Shown here: piece by piece, positions 49,687 to 58,154 of the stretch | Layout: each line of letters begins with the position of its first letter | How positions within the stretch are numbered: the first letter of the stretch is position 1 | From: Sedimentisphaeraceae bacterium JB056 | GTDB lineage: Bacteria > Planctomycetota > Phycisphaerae > Sedimentisphaerales > Sedimentisphaeraceae | Assembly: GCA_044440125.1 (NCBI GenBank) | Contig: JBITAJ010000015.1 | Location: forward strand, 1 to 64,000 | Direction: 5' to 3' | Length of the DNA: 64,000 nucleotides | Made by a program: the position numbers and the translations under genes | Notes under the pieces: model-generated | What the model saw: the letters and a program-made list of their open reading frames with translations, nothing else | Databases searched by the model: none | Told to the model about the DNA's origin: nothing

Positions 49687-49737
49687 CTGAAACTTATAAA
49701 CTATTAACTTAATTTACTTAAAACTTAGAACTATAAC
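49687..49737 (+). repeat. Roughly 7-nt-periodic CT arm
   Basis: CT at 49693, 49701, 49708, 49717, 49724 and 49731 (CTTAAAA CTTAGAA CTATAAC). Confidence 0.6.
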
Positions 49738-49740
49738 AAA

Positions 49741-50388
49741 ATGAAATACAAAGCAGTTTTATTTGACCTTGACGGTACATTGATCAATACACTTGATGAT
49801 CTTACAGATGTGATGAATACTACTCTTGCGGAGTTCGGCGGTTCAGCGATGACCCCTCAGCAGTGCCGGCCGCTTTTAGGTGTTGGGCTTCGTTATTGGG
49901 TGGAAAATGCCTTGCCAGTGGATAAGCATGAATTTGTAGAACCCTTGATGACTAAATTCAGGGCGTTGTATAATGATAATTGTTTGAATAAGAGTGCTCC
50001 TTATGATGGCATTATGGAGCTGACTGACAAGCTTGCACAGCTTGGATTAAAGCAGGCGGTTGTTACCAATAAGAATGAGGATGTGTCTTTAGTAATGATA
50101 AAGAAGGTTTTCGGCGAGGAGAAGTTTCCGATAATCCGCGGGGCGGTTAATGGTGTTGGATGCAAGCCTGATCCGCAAATCGTGTTCGATGTGCTGGATG
50201 AGTTCGGCGTTAAGCCTGAAGAGACCCTTTTCGTAGGTGATGGCGAGGCGGATCTTGATGTGGCGAAGAATTCAGGAGCCACTTCCGTGTGGGTTAGCTG
50301 GGGATTCAGAAACCCGGACGAATTAGAAGGACGCAAACCTGACCATACAGTAAACCATCCGCTGGAAATAATCGATTTGATTAAGTAG
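49741..50388 (+). CDS. HAD-superfamily hydrolase (phosphoglycolate phosphatase-like)
   Basis: FDLDGTL, VTNK, KPDP, FVGD..AD. Confidence 0.9.
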   Translation: MKYKAVLFDLDGTLINTLDDLTDVMNTTLAEFGGSAMTPQQCRPLLGVGLRYWVENALPVDKHEFVEPLMTKFRALYNDNCLNKSAPYDGIMELTDKLAQLGLKQAVVTNKNEDVSLVMIKKVFGEEKFPIIRGAVNGVGCKPDPQIVFDVLDEFGVKPEETLFVGDGEADLDVAKNSGATSVWVSWGFRNPDELEGRKPDHTVNHPLEIIDLIK

Positions 50389-50411
50389 TAATCATTCTCT
50401 GTTGCCGGTGG

Positions 50412-50969
50412 TCAGCCGGTGAATATTTCCAGTAGAAGAAGCGTGGTTACTATTATCAACTCAAATATGATAATGGTGACCCATTTCTTCTGCTTCAAGA
50501 GTTTGTCGAACGTAAGCTGTCCGAAATCTCCCTTGTTGAGTATTTTCTTCTGGAGAACCGGAAAGCACCATGCGAACAGGGCTGCACCGGCCAGCAATCC
50601 CGGTATTCCTCCAGTGAGTGCATCCAAATAGCCTTTCGCCGCCGCTCCTGATACTGTGCCCGGGCAGTAGCCGAGTATTCCGAAGCCCAATCCGAAAATG
50701 AGTCCGCCTATAAGCGAAGCTCCCCAGGAGCCTTTCTTGATATGAAGTTTGGCTTTTTTGAAATGTACGAGAATGTGTACTCCTGCCATCCCCACGGCGA
50801 TCGCAGTGAATATTATTTTGATTACTGTAAAATCGGTAAGCAGAAGCTGGCCGATAAGTATGTCGTATTCAGTAACTCCACCTTTCTGCAGGAGAAAGCC
50901 GAATATACTTCCGAATATGAGTCCCAGTATCAGTTGAGCCTTCTTATTGTTGTGTAATTTTTCAAGCAT
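50412..50969 (-). CDS. YeeE/YedE sulfur-compound transporter subunit
   Basis: GSIFGFLLQKG, GGLIFGLG..LGYCPG. Confidence 0.88.
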   Translation of the reverse strand: MLEKLHNNKKAQLILGLIFGSIFGFLLQKGGVTEYDILIGQLLLTDFTVIKIIFTAIAVGMAGVHILVHFKKAKLHIKKGSWGASLIGGLIFGLGFGILGYCPGTVSGAAAKGYLDALTGGIPGLLAGAALFAWCFPVLQKKILNKGDFGQLTFDKLLKQKKWVTIIIFELIIVTTLLLLEIFTG

Positions 50970-50978
50970 TATTTTCTC

Positions 50979-51593
50979 CTATAGAATCCAATGGAAGATA
51001 ATCATTGCTGTGATTATGCCGCTGGCGAACAATGCCATTGTGGCAATCCAACTGCTTACGGCCAGTTGAAGTGTGCCGCTTATTCCGTGACCGCTGGTGC
51101 AGCCTCTTGCCCATCTTGCTCCAAAGCCCATCAGTATACCGCCTATGAAAGCCGCCAACCAACGAAACAGCTGAGAGTCTCCTGCACTTTGCTGCCATCT
51201 GTCGGGAACGAAAACGAACTCAAAATCGCCTGATAAAATCGCAGAGATAAATGAGCCGATTATAAGCCCGAGAACGAACATCCATTCCCAGTTGATCTTG
51301 GGCGGGTTTTCTTTGTAATATTCTCTTTCCTGGGCCTTATTGCCGCGTATTTTCTTTTCTATCATTCCTGATGTCCTTGCGAATGCTCCTGAGACACCTA
51401 TCGCTTCATTTGATATGCTGAAAGTCAGTATGCTCAGTATACCTATTCCTGCACCTACAGCATAGGGAGACCATCGAACCTGCTGGAATATATTTTCGCT
51501 TTCAGTCAATGTGTCTTGCTGTCCATAGGCGGCGTGTGTTAAAAATATCAACACTAATATCAATAGTGTTTTTTGGGTTTTTGTATTGTACAT
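50979..51593 (-). CDS. YeeE/YedE sulfur-compound transporter subunit
   Basis: WSPYAVG, GFGARWARGCTSGHGISG; start set at MYNTK after GGAG. Confidence 0.88.
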   Translation of the reverse strand: MYNTKTQKTLLILVLIFLTHAAYGQQDTLTESENIFQQVRWSPYAVGAGIGILSILTFSISNEAIGVSGAFARTSGMIEKKIRGNKAQEREYYKENPPKINWEWMFVLGLIIGSFISAILSGDFEFVFVPDRWQQSAGDSQLFRWLAAFIGGILMGFGARWARGCTSGHGISGTLQLAVSSWIATMALFASGIITAMIIFHWIL

Positions 51594-51649
51594 TGCTGTC
51601 TCCTTCTTATTTGGTAGAGCGAACTGATTGTAAAATAGTTTGCCGCTTA

Positions 51650-52165
51650 TCAAAACCGGATGTATGCAAAACCGCTCAATTGAAGGTCTATAATTCTTGG
51701 GTAGGCTCCTATAACTATTGTTATGCCTTCTAAGACGTCAGATTTTTGCCAGCCGTTATTTTTCATTGTCGATGCGCACAGCTCAAGTTTAACTCCATTT
51801 TTGAGAAGTTTTTCGATAATATCTTTGTTAGGATTTTCAGGGATTCCTTTTTCTCGTTCGAATGCTTCGTCTTTAAGAAGCATATAGCCGGCCTCGCCGT
51901 GAAAAACACCGTGTATTTGACGGTTACCGCGGTCAACACCGAGTTTGTCGTAAGTGTCGCTGAGTTTTTTGAGGTAATAAAGACCAGATCCTACTCCTTT
52001 TTTACTCCCATCGGATTTGATTTGGTAAACGACTTTTATTCCCTCGGTATGCACAAGGCCTACAGGTTGTTGCTGGTTTTGATTTTGCGTAAGGCCGTTA
52101 TTGCAGCCTGAAATAAATGTAATTACTAAAATTGCTGATATCATGCATATTCGATGATTTTTCAT
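51650..52165 (-). CDS. DsrE-family lipoprotein
   Basis: Lipobox ISGC; VFHGEA, LLKNGV.LELC..TM, LQ..GFAYI. Confidence 0.8.
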   Translation of the reverse strand: MKNHRICMISAILVITFISGCNNGLTQNQNQQQPVGLVHTEGIKVVYQIKSDGSKKGVGSGLYYLKKLSDTYDKLGVDRGNRQIHGVFHGEAGYMLLKDEAFEREKGIPENPNKDIIEKLLKNGVKLELCASTMKNNGWQKSDVLEGITIVIGAYPRIIDLQLSGFAYIRF

Positions 52166-52761
52166 AATTAATTATTAAGATCCTTTCAGTTGTTATTTGT
52201 TAAAGTTAAATCATTAAATGAAAGATACATATGAAATTTTGAGATTAAGTAATATTAATCATAATTAAAAGTATTTTGTTGTAAATAGGGCAATTTCTCA
52301 TTTTATAGTAAGTTAATCCCTCAAAACAGTTAGTTTAAGCTAAGGGGTATAAGCTTTTCAATTTTTGGATTGTGCCTGATTTTTATCAAAAAACATTATA
52401 AAAGCGAGTTGGAGGCTCCATTATTGCTTGCTTCGGTGAGTGATTTTTAATATAATATCGCTAATTTGGCAAATTTAAAATGAAAGGGCATTTTTTGCTG
52501 CTTTAACAGGCGTGTAAATGGCGTCATGTTATGGTGGTGTGGTCATAATGTCTTTTCCGGTAGAGGTTTATACTCGTCTTTGTCAAACCCAGTATATTGT
52601 AGAGGAAAAACGGTATTGGTTTTGATTTTCTGCGCATCTGTTCGATGCTCTGATATTTGTCGTTTTTTCCTTGAAAATAGGAATGTGATTAATAGAATAC
52701 TGACGAATTTTTCGGTATTCGATATTTTAAGTATAATTATTATGTTCAAGGAGTTTCTATC

Positions 52762-55158
52762 GTGGAAAAATTAAAGGCAATGGCACTAAGCTCAGTTTTA
52801 GGGCTGTCGGCTACGGTTTGGGCCGGCAGTGAAAGCGGCGAAGGCAGCCGCGCTATGTCTGACGGGTCTATTGCACCGTGGATTTGTGTGGGCTCGGCAA
52901 TAATAGCATTGCTGTTCGCAGTTTTCTTCTATAAGAAGATGATGGGTGCCTCTGAAGGTACTGAAATAATGAAGGATATTGCTCAGAGCGTTCGTGAGGG
53001 TGCTTATGCATATCTCTCAAGGCAGTACAAGGTTGTTACAATGGTATTTGCCGTACTGCTTGTAATCTTTTTCATTCTTGCCTATCTTGGCGTGCAGAAC
53101 CCATTTGTACCCGTGGCATTCCTTACAGGCGGTTTCTTCAGTGGTCTCTGTGGTTTCCTCGGAATGAAAACAGCTACTAACGCGTCAGCAAGAACTGCTC
53201 AGGGAGCAAGTGAAAGCCTCAACAAAGGCCTTCAGGTTGCATTCAGAAGTGGTGCAGTGATGGGTCTTGTGGTAGTTGGTTTTGGTCTTCTTGATATATC
53301 TCTCTGGTATATCATTCTTGACAAAGTGGTTTACACAGCATCTAATATGACTAACGGGCTGAGTTTTGCCGGTCTTACACTTGTACATGCGGGCATGGAA
53401 GAAAGCCACAAGCTTGTTGAAATCACAACAACAATGATTACATTCGGTATGGGTGCTTCAACTCAGGCACTGTTTGCACGTGTTGGCGGCGGTATCTATA
53501 CAAAGGCTGCTGATGTTGGTGCCGACCTTGTAGGTAAGGTTGAGGCCGGTATTCCTGAGGATGATCCTCGTAACCCAGCTACTATCGCTGATAACGTTGG
53601 TGACAACGTTGGTGATGTTGCCGGTATGGGTGCCGATCTTTACGAGAGCTATTGCGGCTCAATCCTTGCGACTGCCGCTCTTGGTGCCGCTCTTCCTGCC
53701 GCTGCGGGTATCAATCCGCTTCAGGCTGTTACGGCTCCTATGCTCGTTGCCGCTATCGGTATCATTCTTTCTATCGTAGGTATCTTTATGGTTCGCTGTA
53801 AAGAGAATGCGACCCAGAAGAACCTGCTCAAGAGTCTTCTGATAGGAACGCTGGGCAGCTCAGTTCTTATTCTTGTAGCAGTTGCGATTATGGCTCAGAT
53901 GGAAATCATTACATGGGGTATCTTCGGTTCAGTGGTATCAGGTCTTCTCGCCGGTGTTATTATCGGTCAGATCACAGAATACTACACATCGGATGAATAT
54001 AAGCCAACAAAAGGTATTGCAGAACAGGCTCAAATGGGCCCGGCTACAACTATCATTGACGGTTTCGCTACCGGTATGTTCTCTACAGGTTGGTCTGTAG
54101 TAACTATTGTTATCGGTATTCTCTGTGCGTTTACATTTGCCGGTGGATTCGGCAATATAGCTATAGGTCTCTATGGTATCGGTTTTGCGGCAGTTGGTAT
54201 GCTTGCAACTCTGGGTATCACACTTGCAACAGATGCTTACGGCCCAATCGCGGACAACGCGGGCGGTAATGCTGAGATGAGTGGAATGGGTAAGGAAGTT
54301 CGTGAAAGAACTGACGCTCTTGACTCACTTGGAAATACAACAGCTGCTACAGGTAAAGGTTTTGCTATCGGTTCTGCGGCACTTACAGCTATGGCTCTTC
54401 TTGCAGCTTATATCGAAGAAGTCCGTATCTGGATCGGCCGTCTGGCTAATGAAGCTTCTGACGGTGTTTACCAGGTTGGTAATCTGATGTTCAGCTCTGA
54501 CGGAAGCGTTCCGGGTACTATCGCGGCAAAGACCGCCGAAGTATCTGATTTTGTAACTGCTTACGACCTTACAATCATGAACCCTAAGCTTATATGCGGC
54601 TTGTTCATCGGTGCTATGATGGCGTTTGTTTTCTGTGCCCTGACAATGAAGGCCGTTGGCCGTGCGGCAGGTGACATGGTTAACGAAGTTCGCCGTCAGT
54701 TCAAGGAAATACCGGGTATTCTCACAGGTAAATCTAAGCCGGACTATGCCAGTTGCGTGGCGATATCAACCAAGGGCGCACAGAAGGAAATGATCGTTCC
54801 TTCATTCCTTGCTATAATCGTGCCTGTTCTTACTGGTCTGCTTCTTGGTGTTGCGGGCGTTATGGGTCTTCTCGCCGGTGGTCTTACAGCCGGTTTCGTT
54901 CTTGCCATTACTCTCAACAATGCCGGTGGTGCATGGGACAACGCTAAGAAGTACATCGAAAGAGGCCATTACGGCGGTAAAGGTTCTGAAGCTCACAAGG
55001 CCGGTGTTGTAGGTGATACAGTTGGCGATCCGTTCAAGGATACATCTGGCCCATCGCTCAACATCCTTATCAAACTTATGACAATGGTATCCGTTGTATT
55101 CAGCGGCGTTATTGTCAAATTCGGCCCTCAGATCGCCGAATGGCTCAATATGAAATAA
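52762..55158 (+). CDS. hppA: Membrane-integral pyrophosphatase (K+-dependent, probably Na+-translocating)
   Basis: GGGIYTKAADVGADLVGKVE, EDDPRNPA.IADNVGDNVGD, GNTTAA (Ala indicates K+-dependent), GDTVGDPFKDTSGPS. Confidence 0.95.
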   Translation: MEKLKAMALSSVLGLSATVWAGSESGEGSRAMSDGSIAPWICVGSAIIALLFAVFFYKKMMGASEGTEIMKDIAQSVREGAYAYLSRQYKVVTMVFAVLLVIFFILAYLGVQNPFVPVAFLTGGFFSGLCGFLGMKTATNASARTAQGASESLNKGLQVAFRSGAVMGLVVVGFGLLDISLWYIILDKVVYTASNMTNGLSFAGLTLVHAGMEESHKLVEITTTMITFGMGASTQALFARVGGGIYTKAADVGADLVGKVEAGIPEDDPRNPATIADNVGDNVGDVAGMGADLYESYCGSILATAALGAALPAAAGINPLQAVTAPMLVAAIGIILSIVGIFMVRCKENATQKNLLKSLLIGTLGSSVLILVAVAIMAQMEIITWGIFGSVVSGLLAGVIIGQITEYYTSDEYKPTKGIAEQAQMGPATTIIDGFATGMFSTGWSVVTIVIGILCAFTFAGGFGNIAIGLYGIGFAAVGMLATLGITLATDAYGPIADNAGGNAEMSGMGKEVRERTDALDSLGNTTAATGKGFAIGSAALTAMALLAAYIEEVRIWIGRLANEASDGVYQVGNLMFSSDGSVPGTIAAKTAEVSDFVTAYDLTIMNPKLICGLFIGAMMAFVFCALTMKAVGRAAGDMVNEVRRQFKEIPGILTGKSKPDYASCVAISTKGAQKEMIVPSFLAIIVPVLTGLLLGVAGVMGLLAGGLTAGFVLAITLNNAGGAWDNAKKYIERGHYGGKGSEAHKAGVVGDTVGDPFKDTSGPSLNILIKLMTMVSVVFSGVIVKFGPQIAEWLNMK

Positions 55159-55182
55159 TATTGGCCTGTAATAAACAAAATG

Positions 55183-55218
55183 AAAGCCCGGCAGGATTTA
55201 CTCCCGCCGGGCTTTTTT
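55183..55218. terminator. Intrinsic terminator after hppA (probably bidirectional)
   Basis: AAAGCCCGGC / GCCGGGCTTTTTT. Confidence 0.8.
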
Positions 55219-55242
55219 AATTTCAAGTATCAAGTTTATAAA

Positions 55243-57627
55243 TCAGTCTAACGAAAGCCAGTTATCAGCCATCAATGCTACGTCAACAATATTAACTGTT
55301 CCATCAAAGTCCGCATCGCCTTCAAGTCGAGCAGTCTCTGTTGATGAGCTTAACCACTGTCCGCAAATTATAACAAGATCGTCTTCATCAACATTACCGT
55401 CATAATCTGAATCTCCTCTTGATGCCTGCCAATACAGCTTCGGATATTCGCCGGTATTCTGAAACCATACATCAAGCATTCCGGCAGTATCCTCATTGAC
55501 ATAATCCCAACCGGCACTAATGAATGTACTTTCGCTATTCATCTGGACAGTTGTTTGGCCTGTACCACCGGAGCTTGCTTCAAGCCCTGAAACATCAGTA
55601 TCCCAGAAGCAATTTGTTATTGAGCCCTCATTATAACTGCAAAAACCGCCATCAGAATATGGATCAGTAATCAAACAGGCTGCATAGCAGTCTGAAATTG
55701 TGCCATTAAAGCTGTTTTCTCCGCATAATCCGCCAATAGAACATGAGCCTGTTGCATAGCAATTTGAGATAGTGCCACTGTTAATGCCACACAAACCACC
55801 TGTAGCGGCATAACCTGTAATTGTACCTGTAACATAACAACTTGTAATATTTCCTGCATTTACTGCACATAGTCCGCCAATTGCCCACTCTGAACCTGAG
55901 ATATTACAGCTTTCGATTCCAAGATTTTTAACGCTGCCTCTATCGCCAATATATCCAAAGAGACCGGAGTAATAGTAGTAATCACTTTCTATCGTAAGAG
56001 AAATGATTTTAAAACCATTACCATCGAACGAGCCATTAAACTCTGTCCCACTAAATTCGCCATCACCATCACCATCCATAGCAATCACGGCAGATGTAAA
56101 AATTTCTCCTGTGAGATCAATATCGCAAGTCATCTTAAAATAGCTGCCGTAATCCCAGGTATTAGACCCAAGCTTAATTAGATCATATTTTGTTGTTATC
56201 AGGTATGGATCCGTCTGCGTACCGGAACCACCGCTATATGAACTCGAGTCAAGTGCTGGATATCCTTCAAATATACTTATACTCTCACTCATCAGCCAAC
56301 AACCTTGCGGAGTAAATTCCCAACCGGCATCAGTGAATGTACTTTGAGTTTTCATTTCAACAGTAGTTTTACCTTCTCCACCTACACTTGCCTGCTGGCC
56401 GGAAGTTTGTGTATCCCAGAAACAATTTGTGATTTCACCTCCATAATTATCATAGCCGCACAAACCACCGGTATAGCCTGAACCGGAAACATTGCCCGCT
56501 GAGTAACAATTTGTAATTGTACCGCTATAGGAATTCTCTCCGCATAATCCGCCGGTATAATCAGCACCGGAAGTATCACCGATTGCGTAACAATTTGATA
56601 TCGCAATAGAAGAGTTGCCTCCACAAAGCCCACCGGTATAGTTGCCGGTACTTACTACATCACCTGTGGCATAACAATTTACTATCTCACCTCCGTTATA
56701 CCCTTGTCCATACAACCCGCCGGTATAGTTGCCATAACCGGTAACTGCACCGGTGGCATAACTATTTGTTATAGTACCATCAGAATTCAAACCGCATAAT
56801 CCACCAAAAGAATTGTTACCATAACCTGTAACAGTACCGGTGGCATAACAATTTGCGATTGTACTTCCATTAAAACCACACAATCCACCCGCTTTATTGC
56901 CTGAACCGGAAACATTGCCCGTTGCGTAACTGTTTGTAATCAAAGCATCATTTTCGCCACATAACCCGCCGGTGTCTTCCATTCCATCTACCGACCCTGT
57001 GGCATAACAATTCGTAATTACGCTTCCATTCAAACCGCATAAACCGCCAGTACTGTAACTTGAACCATCAACTCTTCCAGTCGCATAGCATCCTGATATT
57101 GTACCCCAATTTCCACCGCATAGACATCCGGTAGAAAAGCTCCCCGAAACAGTGCCAGTTGCGTAGCAGTCAGCTATAGTACCTTCATTGAGGCCACACA
57201 ATCCGCCCGTGTAGGAATCTCCGCCTGAAATATCGCAGTTTTCAATTCCAAGATTTTTGACAACACCGCCTTCACCAATATATCCGAACAGGCCGGTATC
57301 GTAATTCTGGTTTTCTATTGTCAAATATGTTATTTTGAAGCCGTTACCGTCAAATAAACCTGTAAAAGATGTGCAATCAAATGTCATATCAGTATCTGTA
57401 TCAGGAGAAATAACTGCAGTTGTAAATGTTTCACCCGACAAGTCTATGTCTGAAGTCATCTTAAAGCATTTATCATAATCTCCGACATTCATACCAAGAG
57501 CAATCAAATCAGCTTTGCTCGATACGAGATATGGATCACTCTGCGTACCGGAACCGCCACTGTATGCCCAGATAGTGTTTATATAGCAACTCATCAGACA
57601 AATTGTAACTAAAACAGACTTAAACAT
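55243..57627 (-). CDS. Secreted two-module GLUG-repeat protein with C-terminal dockerin-like domain
   Basis: Signal peptide; two YSGGSGTQxDPYL modules; TGGLCG repeats; GDSDYDGNVDEDDL / GDADFDGTVNIVDV. Confidence 0.85.
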   Translation of the reverse strand: MFKSVLVTICLMSCYINTIWAYSGGSGTQSDPYLVSSKADLIALGMNVGDYDKCFKMTSDIDLSGETFTTAVISPDTDTDMTFDCTSFTGLFDGNGFKITYLTIENQNYDTGLFGYIGEGGVVKNLGIENCDISGGDSYTGGLCGLNEGTIADCYATGTVSGSFSTGCLCGGNWGTISGCYATGRVDGSSYSTGGLCGLNGSVITNCYATGSVDGMEDTGGLCGENDALITNSYATGNVSGSGNKAGGLCGFNGSTIANCYATGTVTGYGNNSFGGLCGLNSDGTITNSYATGAVTGYGNYTGGLYGQGYNGGEIVNCYATGDVVSTGNYTGGLCGGNSSIAISNCYAIGDTSGADYTGGLCGENSYSGTITNCYSAGNVSGSGYTGGLCGYDNYGGEITNCFWDTQTSGQQASVGGEGKTTVEMKTQSTFTDAGWEFTPQGCWLMSESISIFEGYPALDSSSYSGGSGTQTDPYLITTKYDLIKLGSNTWDYGSYFKMTCDIDLTGEIFTSAVIAMDGDGDGEFSGTEFNGSFDGNGFKIISLTIESDYYYYSGLFGYIGDRGSVKNLGIESCNISGSEWAIGGLCAVNAGNITSCYVTGTITGYAATGGLCGINSGTISNCYATGSCSIGGLCGENSFNGTISDCYAACLITDPYSDGGFCSYNEGSITNCFWDTDVSGLEASSGGTGQTTVQMNSESTFISAGWDYVNEDTAGMLDVWFQNTGEYPKLYWQASRGDSDYDGNVDEDDLVIICGQWLSSSTETARLEGDADFDGTVNIVDVALMADNWLSLD

Positions 57628-57950
57628 AATCGAATTTCCTTAAAAATCATATACCTTCTAAAATTCTTAATACTGTTATATATTAAACTAAAATGCAATA
57701 AGACATAGTTTGCGTTTTGTTAGAACCATATTCGAGGTCCTTCTTGTCCTATGTATGTGGTACACAGATAAACTATAAAACCTTATGTAAATTTATTCAC
57801 TGAGATGGAATATGCAAGATGTTTTCAATTTTTCTTTTGTTTATACCAAACGACTCATAGATTATCGTATTAAAATATAGCCTTTTCCCTTGTGTATCAG
57901 TCTTTATTGTAAATAATTTTTATTTTGTTCAAATTTTGTTATAAATACAC

Positions 57951-57979
57951 TTGCTTGATAGTTTGTTTTATAGTAGTAT
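57951..57979 (+). promoter_or_regulatory. Sigma70-type promoter upstream of the EF-G paralog
   Basis: TTGCTT-17-TAGTAT. Confidence 0.5.
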
Positions 57980-58154
57980 TTTCACATCAAGAGTTCCGAT
58001 TGGATTTAGTGGATGATGCGAACGGCAAAATACTGTTTGCCGCTCAATACTTTTGGCTTGAATTGAGGCATGGCGTTAAGCGGCGTCCAGTAATCTTGCG
58101 ATAGCATCGATAGATCTGAAAATATTAATGTTATCCTATTTCGGAGGCAACAAA

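Noticed and set aside
55243..57627. Recent inversion of this GLUG gene, suggested by its C/A-rich plus strand
   Set aside because: The skew is largely explainable by Gly-rich codons on the minus strand, and no flanking inverted repeats were seen; a third-position skew calculation would be needed.
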